Origin: Candidatus Micrarchaeota archaeon
GTDB lineage: Archaea; Micrarchaeota; Micrarchaeia; Norongarragalinales; UBA8480
NCBI GenBank assembly: GCA_023247085.1
Contig: JAHFHC010000004.1
Location: forward strand, 1 to 56,682
Reading direction: 5' to 3'
DNA: 56,682 bases
This document shows positions 24,981 to 34,224 of the stretch, one piece after another; the stretch's first letter is position 1; every line of letters starts with the position of its first letter. The notes under the pieces are model-generated. The model searched no databases. It saw only the letters and a list, made by a program, of their open reading frames with translations, and was not told the DNA's origin. A program made the translations under genes and the position numbers.

Positions 24981-25619
24981 TTATTCCAAAGGTAACTTGT
25001 CCTTTGCATATTCCTCTACGATTTTAAGCGTCTTAACTTCATCAAGGTGCGCAAGAAGCATTGCAATCATTCTTCCTTTTGAACCAAAGTAACCTTGTTT
25101 TAAACACGTATCACTGTCAACTTCTATTTTTGCCTCTTTGAAATCCACTTCATAAAAACTTCGAACTGAGTCGCCGAGAAATTGTTTTGCAATTGCGTCT
25201 ATTTTCGCAAGTGGAGTTTTTAATTGTTCCACGATTTTGAATTTATAGTCAATCGTCTTGCCTGCTAATTCGGGGTTGAAGTCAACTCTGACCCTGCCGC
25301 CAGAAACGCTTTGTACACGCGCTTGCATGTTGTCAAGTTCAACAGGCATTCCCACAACCGGATCAATACCTTGGCGTCGGAATAATTCCATTGGAACAAG
25401 CCGAACTAAATCTGGATTGCGTTCACCGTACCCTTTTTCAGGAGGAATAGTTACACTCACTTCTTTTTCAAGCTCTGCTTTTAGCAATGCTTCATCTAAA
25501 CCAGGTAACACTTGTTTTTGACCAACTGCAACTATCAGCGGTTTTGATGGCTTTTCAACTTGTTGACCATCGATATACGCAACGTATTCAAGCTTAACTA
25601 ATGAACCATTTTCAACCAT
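24981..25619 (-). CDS. FKBP-type peptidyl-prolyl isomerase (archaeal long type)
   Basis: VGQKQVLPGLDEAL, IPPEKGYGERNP, SGGRVRVDFNPELAGKT. Confidence 0.93.
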   Translation of the reverse strand: MVENGSLVKLEYVAYIDGQQVEKPSKPLIVAVGQKQVLPGLDEALLKAELEKEVSVTIPPEKGYGERNPDLVRLVPMELFRRQGIDPVVGMPVELDNMQARVQSVSGGRVRVDFNPELAGKTIDYKFKIVEQLKTPLAKIDAIAKQFLGDSVRSFYEVDFKEAKIEVDSDTCLKQGYFGSKGRMIAMLLAHLDEVKTLKIVEEYAKDKLPLE

Positions 25620-25662
25620 ATTTACACAAATCAACTCCTAAATTTTACTTTTATTCCACGCG

Positions 25663-26904
25663 TTATTTTTGCTTCACATCGACTTTAACGATTTCACCTT
25701 GATCAACCGACGCTCGGACAAGGAACGAAAGGGTTTGGTCAATTGATGCATTGCGATAAACCAACGCCGAGAAATTCGCAGGCAACTCAAGCGAATCACC
25801 GGCATTAATCACAACTGGAATTACAATTGCTTCTTTGAAAAATTCAGAGTAATTTAAATCCGGCGCATCAGCAGCTGAATTAAAACCAACTACATATCTA
25901 GTGACAGGAAATTGTAAAGACACATTAAGTGATTTAAACGCTTCTTGCACCGCATTTTTATCAGAAAAGTTTGCAACCACAGTAATTACAACGTTGCTGC
26001 CAACTTGTTCAACTGATTTTACAAACGATGCATTAAAAACTGAAACATTTAGACTCGAATTAAGCACAACCACTTGATCAACGGGTTCAAAAGCTTCTTG
26101 AGAAATATTTTGGAAACCAACTGGCTTAGCGAACCTATTCTCCCAAGGTATTTCAACAACCGCTATTTGCCTGCCAGTAAACGAAAGGATTTTGCCATCT
26201 ACATTCAATTCTTTTGTTTGAATTGGCAAAGCAGGTTGCTCTAGAATAACTGAATCAGGACGAATTTTGCCGTTACTATCAAGAACTAACCGCATACGCA
26301 AGTCAACAACGTTTCCAGTTACAACTGAATTATTATAAATAAGCCCAATTGCACCACGACCAAGTGAATCCACATAAGAGTCAAAAGACTGCTTGGATAA
26401 GTTAAGCGATTTTGAATTATTGGAAAGTAAAACCAAGTGCACAGACGATGCATTAAACATAACCGTTGCCTCTCGGTAAAACGCAAAAGCCCGGCTATTG
26501 CTCACATTGCTGCACAAACTGGAAACCGATCGCGAAAAGCCTTTGACAATAGACTCATTTAAAACAGAATTATTAACAAACCGCGCTAAGAAAAGCGAAG
26601 AATTCTGCACGTTGCCGACTTTAACCGGCTTACCTAAAACATTTGGAAAATCAGGAAACGCAGTAGCATCAACTCCACAAGTGAAAAATACAGTTCCAGT
26701 AAAGCTGCTTACAACAAAGGGATCAAGCGAACTGCCGACATACTCACCTTGCGTTATCGAAGATAAAGCCCCGCCAACATTAGCGCGATTATCAGAATTA
26801 GCTTGCGGGTTAAACATGTAAACAACAAAAAGCTCCAACACAAAGACGACAATCAAGAGAATTGCAAATCCCTTGAACAAATTACCACGGTTTAAAAACG
26901 ACAT
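25663..26904 (-). CDS. Membrane-anchored cell-surface glycoprotein (hypothetical)
   Basis: N-terminal TM; many N-x-S/T sequons (NES, NVS, NAS, NLS, NIS, NFS, NYS); follows the S-layer gene. Confidence 0.65.
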   Translation of the reverse strand: MSFLNRGNLFKGFAILLIVVFVLELFVVYMFNPQANSDNRANVGGALSSITQGEYVGSSLDPFVVSSFTGTVFFTCGVDATAFPDFPNVLGKPVKVGNVQNSSLFLARFVNNSVLNESIVKGFSRSVSSLCSNVSNSRAFAFYREATVMFNASSVHLVLLSNNSKSLNLSKQSFDSYVDSLGRGAIGLIYNNSVVTGNVVDLRMRLVLDSNGKIRPDSVILEQPALPIQTKELNVDGKILSFTGRQIAVVEIPWENRFAKPVGFQNISQEAFEPVDQVVVLNSSLNVSVFNASFVKSVEQVGSNVVITVVANFSDKNAVQEAFKSLNVSLQFPVTRYVVGFNSAADAPDLNYSEFFKEAIVIPVVINAGDSLELPANFSALVYRNASIDQTLSFLVRASVDQGEIVKVDVKQK

Positions 26905-27057
26905 GTGAATACCAACAAATTGAATTAACTAGATTCTCGACAAAAACAACAATATAGACAAACTATAAGCAAACCAGCAAAGTGCTAGCTGAAATTTTAA
27001 AGCAGATATAATTAAGCGTCAAAGCAGTTTAAAAAAACTACGTTTAGAACATTAAAA

Positions 27058-27136
27058 TAAAAAAGAAAGAGAAAAAAAGAAAAAAGAAGCAAAAAGAAAA
27101 GAGAAAAAGAAAGACGAAGGCTTTTGGAAAAGCCTT
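27058..27136 (-). terminator. S-layer gene terminator: hairpin plus long pyrimidine tract
   Basis: Minus strand AAGGCTTTT-CC-AAAAGCCTT (27136-27117), followed by about 60 nt of T/C-rich sequence. Confidence 0.65.
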
Positions 27137-27156
27137 TGTCCTCAATTTAACTTAAC

Positions 27157-29691
27157 TTAATTTGGTGACCAAGACGCTAGGAAGCCAATTAAAGCTTCTC
27201 CTGCTGCCTTAGTGTCTCCTGCAGTGAAACCTGCGACACAGAGCTTGTTGCCCTCGACTTTAACAAGTGCATCTCCGGCTGCGCCAGTTGCAAGAGCACC
27301 ACATTCAGTCATACCAGCTGCTACTGAGTTGACAAATGGACCACCAACTACAATTAATGGTTGAGTTGCTGATGCATCACTGTCAAGCACAACTAGAGGC
27401 TTGGTTGCTGTGTTCAAGTTCACTGGGATAGCTGTACCAGTTGCGCCTGCTGCTGCAGCACCTGCTGGCAATGTTACGGTTACACCTGCACCAATATCAC
27501 AAGCTGTTCCAGGAGTACAAGTCACTGTTGGACTTGTGCTGCTCGCGGCAGCGCCGGTTAGCTTGCTTAGTACGTACACTCCTTTTCCAAGGCGAGTTGC
27601 GTACTTGAGGGTGAATGAACTTGCGCCGTATCCACCTGATTCAATACATGAACCTCTTGCACTACAGTAAGGTACTTCAGAATTGAATGCAATTCCGAAT
27701 GCGTTTGCAGTGTAGTTAAAGTTCTTGTTGGTAGTTGTACCATCTGCAGTTGCGTCCCTGAAGTTACCTGCAGCGCCTGCTGCGGAGTCAAAGAGGTAAT
27801 ACGTAGTCCATAAACCAGATCCGGTGACTGTGCTTGTACTTTCGTTAGTCACTTCAGGAATCTGAACATATAGCCTAGTGTAGTTCCAGCCATAAATATG
27901 ACCATCAACACTGTCTATACACTCATTACCAGGGCCACCGCCACCACCGCACCTTAGGTCAAAAGTTACGTTGATTCGGACATTTGTGTCTGACCCGCCT
28001 CCAGATGCATAGTAATACAACGGAAGACCAACGGTCAAGTTAACGCCGTTAGTTGCATTGTAAATGGTCCTAGTGATAGTATCTCCAGTTGCATTTACCC
28101 ATGTTCCAGACGAGTTTTGATACACAACATATCCCGTGTAGTTACTGTTAGACCCGCTGCTAGTCTTGTTCTTGGTTATCAAATTAACACATTTTACGTT
28201 TTCAGTTCCAAACCTAAATGCATCACTTCGTTGAGAACAGAACTTAAGAGCATCCCACTCACCAGCAGTGCCTCCAATAGTGGCTGAGAATCCCTCATCT
28301 TCACTAACGGTCAAAGAGTCAAAGTCAGCTGGCTTTAAGTCAGAGCCTCTGAATTCAAGCGCATAACCCGTATTAGAAGTTAACCCATTGACCAATGTGA
28401 ACTTGTCACCTGGCTTGGCTTTGATATTACCAGTTGATGGGTAGATCCAATTGTTATTGTAAATCCTCAAATCAGACAAACCTTGAGTTCCTGACCTGTT
28501 GTTCGAGTCAAGTGCTGCGTACCAGTTTGGATAGAGGTTTTGTTCAATTGTGCTGTTGGACAACGTGATTGAGTCAGAGTAAGCTGACACTTCACAAGTG
28601 TTAATTGCCCCTGCTGCTGCAGAGTAACCAATTGAACTTACTTTAACGTAGATGTTTCCAAGTTCAGTTATTTTAATTGATGCACTGTCTCTGTCCCTTG
28701 TTTTTAGGACTGTGCGGTTCGTTGCATCTGAAATTACTATATTACAAGATGGCAGTGAACTCGATCCAGCCGGAGCATTGACTTGGTCAACCTTTATTGA
28801 GAACGGAGTGCCAGCAACTGCGGTTGATTCGCCGACTTTGAGTGTCTTTCTCACTAAATAGCCTTTTCCAACAGTCATTGAGCTAATTGCACCAGCCGCG
28901 CCAGTCATTACTGCACCTGTAACTACCCACGGGTCACCAAGAACGCTAATTGTAGTTGGTGCAGAGGTTGCGTCTATTTTGTCAGACGAGTCACAAGTCG
29001 AATATGGCTTTGAGGTGTCAGCACACATTGGAAGTGCAGATGAAAAAGTTGTCCTCCACATTCCTTCCATTGTATTTCCAACATAAGAATCTAGCTGGTC
29101 ATCATATTGAGTTTTTGAGAAAACTTCCAAGTATTGACGTTGTGTTGAAGATGTTGAAGATGAACCAGTAACAACAACAGTTGCTTGTGGTCCAAGTACG
29201 TTCCAGTCAGAGTCGGATACTTCTTTCCAAGTTTGTGGAAGTCCAGCGTTGTAAGCGGCTTTGCCAGTTGACATGTTCAATGCATTGGAACCAGTTCCAC
29301 ATCCATTGTTGTCAAGGTTGTCGCTTAACCCAGTTGTACATGCGTATTCATTTGCAGCAACTGCGGTTGCTGGTCTTGAGACATTTAGCACAACTGCAGT
29401 TGTTCCAGCAGTGCGAGTACCTGCACCTGTTGAGACTGCGCCTGTCTTTGTATAAGCTTTATTTGCTAGTGCGGCAGCGACGTTAGCTGCTACTACTGCG
29501 TCGGATACTGCAGCTGTAGATCCAACTACTACTTGTACGTTTGGTTCTCCGTTCGAGTATAGGGTCGGTACGAAGTTGCCCAAAGTGCTGTCGACTGTTG
29601 TAGCTGCGCCTGCGAATGCAGTTCCTAGTAAGGCTGCACCTGCTGCAACTACTACAACTTTCTTTATATTCAAACTATTCATCTTTTTCAC
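27157..29691 (-). CDS. S-layer protein (S_layer_N / S_layer_C type)
   Basis: Signal KKVVVVAAGAALLG; VVVGSTAAVSDAVVAANVAAAL (N domain) and LIVVGGPFVNSV (C domain); GAGGTG SD; many sequons. Confidence 0.9.
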   Translation of the reverse strand: MKKMNSLNIKKVVVVAAGAALLGTAFAGAATTVDSTLGNFVPTLYSNGEPNVQVVVGSTAAVSDAVVAANVAAALANKAYTKTGAVSTGAGTRTAGTTAVVLNVSRPATAVAANEYACTTGLSDNLDNNGCGTGSNALNMSTGKAAYNAGLPQTWKEVSDSDWNVLGPQATVVVTGSSSTSSTQRQYLEVFSKTQYDDQLDSYVGNTMEGMWRTTFSSALPMCADTSKPYSTCDSSDKIDATSAPTTISVLGDPWVVTGAVMTGAAGAISSMTVGKGYLVRKTLKVGESTAVAGTPFSIKVDQVNAPAGSSSLPSCNIVISDATNRTVLKTRDRDSASIKITELGNIYVKVSSIGYSAAAGAINTCEVSAYSDSITLSNSTIEQNLYPNWYAALDSNNRSGTQGLSDLRIYNNNWIYPSTGNIKAKPGDKFTLVNGLTSNTGYALEFRGSDLKPADFDSLTVSEDEGFSATIGGTAGEWDALKFCSQRSDAFRFGTENVKCVNLITKNKTSSGSNSNYTGYVVYQNSSGTWVNATGDTITRTIYNATNGVNLTVGLPLYYYASGGGSDTNVRINVTFDLRCGGGGGPGNECIDSVDGHIYGWNYTRLYVQIPEVTNESTSTVTGSGLWTTYYLFDSAAGAAGNFRDATADGTTTNKNFNYTANAFGIAFNSEVPYCSARGSCIESGGYGASSFTLKYATRLGKGVYVLSKLTGAAASSTSPTVTCTPGTACDIGAGVTVTLPAGAAAAGATGTAIPVNLNTATKPLVVLDSDASATQPLIVVGGPFVNSVAAGMTECGALATGAAGDALVKVEGNKLCVAGFTAGDTKAAGEALIGFLASWSPN

Positions 29692-29862
29692 ACACCTCAG
29701 TGGTCGATTCGTGGTTTATTTTTTTGTTATATAGTCTTTTTGTTTTCCCGGTTTTGAAAAAACCTTCACTGTTTTGAGAGCATATTGCCTCAACTCAGGT
29801 ACAAACACGATCGGTGGGAAACCTTCCAAAGGCTATATCGCTATGGATAAATGCATAAAGGG

Positions 29863-29870
29863 TATTTAAA
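29863..29870 (-). promoter_or_regulatory. Putative TATA box of the S-layer gene
   Basis: Minus strand GGCAAGG-TTTAAATA about 170 nt upstream of the start, implying a long 5' UTR. Confidence 0.45.
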
Positions 29871-30010
29871 CCTTGCCAAAATCGTCAATTGTCTTAAGCC
29901 CATTCGGCAATGCGCAAAGGAGTATGAAAGGTTCATACTTCTTGGGAAACATAGAAAAACGCCGAGGCGCTAAGTCACTATTAAATAGGCATGGGGAGGT
30001 TATTAGTTGC

Positions 30011-30292
30011 ATGGTTGAAGCTGCTGGAATCGCGTGGTTTCCGTTAGATACTGGGACTAAAAGTATAATCGTTGGACTCCTATTATTAGTTATAGCTATA
30101 GTTGTGTTGTGGAAGCTGCGTCATTTTATTGTTAATTCGCTATTAGGAGTAATTGCCTTGTTTTTACTGCAATTAATTGGCATCAGCATACCAATCAACA
30201 TAGTGACCATGATAATCGCAGCGGTGCTTGGCCTTGTGGGGGTTGGGTTAATGGTGTTGTTGCACGTGCTTGGAGTTAATTTCGCATTTTAA
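30011..30292 (+). CDS. BofA-like small membrane protein
   Basis: GGGGAGGT SD before ATG 30011; NSLLGVIALFLL, IPINIVT and GLVGV resemble the BofA family. Confidence 0.6.
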   Translation: MVEAAGIAWFPLDTGTKSIIVGLLLLVIAIVVLWKLRHFIVNSLLGVIALFLLQLIGISIPINIVTMIIAAVLGLVGVGLMVLLHVLGVNFAF

Positions 30293-30330
30293 TTAAACTG
30301 GCGCACCACCCACTCTGTGAGAAATAGCAT

Positions 30331-30476
30331 AACTTATACTTCACCCACTCGTGCCTGAAAGGGCTAAAGCCTTGGTTTTACCGGCACTCGTGTTCCTGCA
30401 AGGCGAAGTGTAAGGCTTTAACAAAGCAACTAGCATTCATCCCACGCCTGAAGGCGTGGTTTTCTGCTTTGTTAAA
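30331..30476. mobile_element. Non-autonomous IS200/IS605-like palindromic element (MITE-like), no transposase
   Basis: CCACGCC-TGAA-GGCGTGG hairpin (30442-30459) in a TTCATCCC...TTTTCT context, inside a 12-bp inverted repeat (30417-30428 / 30465-30476). An upstream stem pairs 30333-30344 with 30403-30414. Confidence 0.5.
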
Positions 30477-30488
30477 TAAAAACTAAGG

Positions 30489-30872
30489 TTATTTTTGTTT
30501 TTTGGGAGCGGGTAGTTTGACGTAGTATACGTCTGCATCTGTTTTGAGTATTACGGGGTCGCCTTTGAATAGTGCAGCGACGTTTAATTCGTATGAGCCG
30601 GGTTCAAGTACTTTTATGTTTTCTGGCCCATCTTGGTCAATTACAATGACTTTGTTTTTGCTAAGTTCAATTAATTGTTCTGGAATTTGAATCGTTGAAT
30701 CTTGTTTTGTTTCGTCAATATTGGCTTTTTCTTCGGTTTTGAACTTTATAGGCGCAAAGGGGGCGTCTGTTTTAACAAAGTAAAATATGCGCGAGCCACA
30801 ACTGCACCCGTTTAACACGCTTTCAGATTGGTCTGGGAGAATTTGGTTGCATTTAACGCAAGAATGTGGCAT
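30489..30872 (-). CDS. oapC: Zn-ribbon protein OapC (DUF2072)
   Basis: MPHSCVKC...LNGCSCGSRIFYF and IKVLEPGSYELNVAALF. Confidence 0.88.
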   Translation of the reverse strand: MPHSCVKCNQILPDQSESVLNGCSCGSRIFYFVKTDAPFAPIKFKTEEKANIDETKQDSTIQIPEQLIELSKNKVIVIDQDGPENIKVLEPGSYELNVAALFKGDPVILKTDADVYYVKLPAPKKQK

Positions 30873-30952
30873 GAAAAATAGAAAGCAAAGAAAGGATAAA
30901 ACGTTATCGGCCAGTTATGGCCAGTTGCGCACTAGTGCGTTTAGTTGGCGTA

Positions 30953-31297
30953 TTATTTTTGCGTTAACAAGTTGAGTTTGTTTGGGTCTTTTTTTATTTG
31001 TTTGACGATTTTTGATGGCCCGACAACAGTTAACCCGCTTGTGCGGCCGCCTAGTAGTTTAACTAAGTGGGATTTTATGTCTAGTGCAGCTGAGCCAAGT
31101 GTGGCGATTTCAATGCCTGCAAAGTTTTTGTCAACTTGTTGCATTGTCAGTTGTATTAATTGTGCTTCTTCGCTGGAAGTTAGAGGTTGTTCTAGTACGA
31201 CTATTTTGTCTCCTTTTTTCACTGCAGTTAGTATGTATTGTAGTTTGTCTTGGTTTTTGCCAAGAGCGTTGTTTGATAGGAATTCAATTGCAATCAT
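30953..31297 (-). CDS. oapB: OapB (DUF2073) protein
   Basis: IVVLEQPLTSSEEAQLIQLTM, FAGIEI and LTVVGPS..VKQIKKDP. Confidence 0.9.
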   Translation of the reverse strand: MIAIEFLSNNALGKNQDKLQYILTAVKKGDKIVVLEQPLTSSEEAQLIQLTMQQVDKNFAGIEIATLGSAALDIKSHLVKLLGGRTSGLTVVGPSKIVKQIKKDPNKLNLLTQK

Positions 31298-31920
31298 GGT
31301 GACACCTTTTTGGCAATTTCTTCATATAGCTTTGGCATATTTTCGCCATTTAATGCAGATACTGGTACAACCGCATGTTGTGGAAATGCTTCTTTTATTT
31401 TATCTGACCGGGATTTCTTGAGGTCCATTTTGTTAGCGACGATTATAACTGGTATTTTACGTGCTTCGAGGTTGGCTAGTATCGTGATGTTAACTTGAGT
31501 GAAGGGGTCTTTTGTTGAGTCCATTACAACTAGCGCTGCGTCGACGTGTTCAAGCCACTTTATTGCTTCTACGATTCCTTTTGTTGCTTCTTTGGCGCGT
31601 TGTTGTGCATCTGCTTTGTTTAGCCCGTGTTCTATGAACTCACGGTAGTCAACTTTTGTTGCTATTCCCGGCATGTCAAGTATGTTCATTGTCAATATTT
31701 TGCCGCCGGCTTTTATAGCAACGCGTTCTTTTTTCTGTACTTCACGCGTTTCGTGTGGAATTTCTGAAACGCTGCCAAGTGGTTGGCCAGTCCAGTCCAT
31801 GCAAATTCGATTGGCGATGCTGGATTTACCTGCGTTTACTGGGCCGTAGATGCCTATTGAAAAAGATTTTTTCGCGCTGAAAAAACCTAGGAAGAAATTG
31901 AAAATGTGTCGCCACGCCAT
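31294..31920 (-). CDS. oapA: Era-like GTPase OapA
   Basis: GPVNAGKSS (G1), HETRE, DMPG (G3), ANKMD (G4) and SAL (G5). ATG 31920 preferred. Confidence 0.92.
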   Translation of the reverse strand: MAWRHIFNFFLGFFSAKKSFSIGIYGPVNAGKSSIANRICMDWTGQPLGSVSEIPHETREVQKKERVAIKAGGKILTMNILDMPGIATKVDYREFIEHGLNKADAQQRAKEATKGIVEAIKWLEHVDAALVVMDSTKDPFTQVNITILANLEARKIPVIIVANKMDLKKSRSDKIKEAFPQHAVVPVSALNGENMPKLYEEIAKKVSP

Positions 31921-31990
31921 AATTGTGAAAAAAACCCCAAAATATTTTTTAATTTGTTTACTTGTTTTTAGTCTCAACGAATGGAAACTT

Positions 31991-32117
31991 AATAAACTTA
32001 CACTTTGTCCGGCAAAGTGTAAGACTTTCAGCAAAAACGCCTGACGTTTTTGACTGAGTCATCGAGCTACGCTCGATGCTATAACGAAGCTGCTTCGTTA
32101 AATAAACTTACACTTTG
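31991..32117. repeat. Four-hairpin array bracketed by a 17-nt direct repeat
   Basis: AATAAACTTACACTTTG at 31991-32007 and 32101-32117; stems at 31997-32023, 32028-32057, 32060-32078 and 32082-32100. Confidence 0.85.
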
Positions 32118-32126
32118 CCGATGCGT

Positions 32127-32474
32127 TTACGATTTACGTGCAAGAAGCTTTTCGTAAAGCACGGGCATTACAATTCGTTCAATTGTTTGTCCCCAGAAGT
32201 AGATTGAAGAAAAGAAGGAAAGACCTTGTCGCGCAATTGCGCCACTGATTATTAAGTTAAGGCAAAGCGTGTTTGCAACTAGCAGGAGAATAAAACTGAA
32301 AAGGTTTGGATTCGCGGTTTTGTAGTATAAGTGAGTGAAGGCGATTACAATTATTAGATTTAGTGCAAGGGTTGCGTTTTTAGCTGTTTCATTACCGAGG
32401 AACAAAAAAAGCACGAAATTGATAATAAAAGTAGTGAGAACTGCAAGAAAGCTGTATAGTAATGTGGTTTTCAT
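32127..32474 (-). CDS. Hypothetical membrane protein
   Basis: About three hydrophobic helices; no family recognised. Confidence 0.55.
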   Translation of the reverse strand: MKTTLLYSFLAVLTTFIINFVLFLFLGNETAKNATLALNLIIVIAFTHLYYKTANPNLFSFILLLVANTLCLNLIISGAIARQGLSFFSSIYFWGQTIERIVMPVLYEKLLARKS

Positions 32475-32564
32475 CGTTTCATCACTTTTTTGCTCTTGGT
32501 TTTTTTGTTTTTTTTATTTTGTTGATTCTGTTTTGTTTTTTATCCTTAATTATTTTTTAGTTCT

Positions 32565-33308
32565 TTAGTTTTCTACTCTTGGCGCTAGATAATAGGATAG
32601 TTTTGCTTGGCCCACTGTGAATGATATTTTTACTGGTGCGTTTGTTTTGAGTTGGAATTCGATTATCGAGTCATCTGGACAGGATTTAGTCATGTTGTCT
32701 AGGTACTCAAATGGAAACATTGCACGGCAACTGGCATTTGAAGTGAGCTCGGCTAAGTTGGGTGCATTTTTGTTGTTTTCAATGCGTAGGTCTCCGCTGT
32801 CGCCTTTTGCTTCTATTATGAATTTATCTGCATCTGCGGTGATTGTAACGTGGCTTGACAAGAGGCCGGCATCTTTGAGCATTTCTTTTAGTGTGCCCCC
32901 GCGCATTTTAATTGTGGTGTCGAACGGGATTTTGGGTTCGCGTGGAGCTGAAACATTCAAGTCAATTAGGGGTAATCGGATGTTGCGTTTTCCGTTTGGT
33001 GAGATGAATTCAAGCACGCATTTTGCTTCTTTTTCTTCTGTTGTTAGGATGAGTTGTTCGTCGCTTCGGGTTCTGCCTAGGATTTTTAGGAAGTCAACTA
33101 GGTTGAGGCCAAGTGTAGCTTGTTCTGCTTCAAATTCTTTGAAAACTGCTTTTGGCATTAGGTAATCAACCATTGCGATTTGACTTGGGTCCATGGCGCG
33201 CAAGTGTAGCCCGTTTTCGTTTACTTCAAAGAGCCCTTCGTCTACGAGGTTTACAACTGCTTCAATAGATTGCTTGAATTGTTTAGCGTCGCCAATAACT
33301 AGTTTCAT
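32565..33308 (-). CDS. pcn: DNA sliding clamp PCNA
   Basis: LVDEG, LRAMDPSQIAMVD, GLNL..FLKIL and YYLAPRVE. Confidence 0.97.
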   Translation of the reverse strand: MKLVIGDAKQFKQSIEAVVNLVDEGLFEVNENGLHLRAMDPSQIAMVDYLMPKAVFKEFEAEQATLGLNLVDFLKILGRTRSDEQLILTTEEKEAKCVLEFISPNGKRNIRLPLIDLNVSAPREPKIPFDTTIKMRGGTLKEMLKDAGLLSSHVTITADADKFIIEAKGDSGDLRIENNKNAPNLAELTSNASCRAMFPFEYLDNMTKSCPDDSIIEFQLKTNAPVKISFTVGQAKLSYYLAPRVEN

Positions 33309-33409
33309 GAAAAAAATAACACCCTTGAAAATATTGGCAGGGCAACAATAAAAAAGGAGTCGTTATGACTTCGTTTTTTATCAGCGTAAACCACAGTTTG
33401 AGCATGCGA

Positions 33410-34198
33410 TTATTTTATGAGTAAATCGCATCCGCGTGGTTCTTGGAACTGCCCGGCTAAAAATAAGCGCAAGTACCCGATTAGTGGGATTCTGGCGATT
33501 TGTTTTCCGTGGATTTTTTCAGGTAATACAACATCAAGGCCTGCTTCTTGGTCTACTACCGGGTTATTGTCTCCTTTTGTTAAGTACGCTATTTTTCCAG
33601 TTTGGGAATTGTTTATTGCTAATACCGCACGGTGAATTACTAAGCCCGCTGTGCTTGATTCAAACACAATTATGTCATTTGAACTTACTTCGTTGCGCAG
33701 TACTGGAATTGTGAGTACGGAAGTTGAATTGCGGAGTGTTAAGTTGGCACTGCAAGATATTTGTGAGTCGCCTTGGCCGCGTCGCCACATTGTGCAATTA
33801 GTTTTGGTTAGTTGGATGTTTGGAGATTCACCACTATACCGGACAATGGGCGCAACGTATTTGTCGTTGCCTTGTACGATGACTAAATCTCCGCGGTTTA
33901 GCACGTTGTTCATGCTGCACGATGTGACTACGTCTAGTGGCGATTGAGTGTGCAGTAAAGCCGATAGTATTAGCCAGGCTATTGCTGCGCCTGCAATTGC
34001 ATATATTATTTCTAGTAAACTGTTTTTTCCTTTTTGTTTTGCGCCACTGATGAAGTCAAGCGATATATACGCGAGGAAAGCACCGATGCACAGTATTGCG
34101 GCTATGGGTTGTAGGGTTATCAGGTAAATGATGAAAAAAATAATGCTCAGAATCGGCACGTAAACGTTTGGCGACTTTGGATTTATTTTCAATTCCAT
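33410..34198 (-). CDS. Signal peptidase I (Sec11 type)
   Basis: VVTSCSM..L-RGDLV, VIHRAV and TKGDNN...D. Confidence 0.9.
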   Translation of the reverse strand: MELKINPKSPNVYVPILSIIFFIIYLITLQPIAAILCIGAFLAYISLDFISGAKQKGKNSLLEIIYAIAGAAIAWLILSALLHTQSPLDVVTSCSMNNVLNRGDLVIVQGNDKYVAPIVRYSGESPNIQLTKTNCTMWRRGQGDSQISCSANLTLRNSTSVLTIPVLRNEVSSNDIIVFESSTAGLVIHRAVLAINNSQTGKIAYLTKGDNNPVVDQEAGLDVVLPEKIHGKQIARIPLIGYLRLFLAGQFQEPRGCDLLIK

Positions 34199-34224
34199 TT
34201 TGTGTCAGTTTTATTGGCGTTTTT

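Noticed and set aside
29873-30010. N-terminal extension of the BofA-like ORF, including the AGTATGAA/TTCATACT hairpin at 29921-29939
   Set aside because: A strong SD directly precedes ATG 30011, the extension is non-homologous, and a single 8-bp hairpin is insufficient to call an element.
30909-30939. GGCCAGTT tandem repeat and 12-bp palindrome CGCACTAGTGCG between oapB and oapC
   Set aside because: A single short occurrence, not seen elsewhere in the window, so chance cannot be excluded.
31991-32117. Mini CRISPR array
   Set aside because: There are only two 17-nt repeats 110 nt apart, the intervening sequence is fully palindromic, and no cas genes are present.
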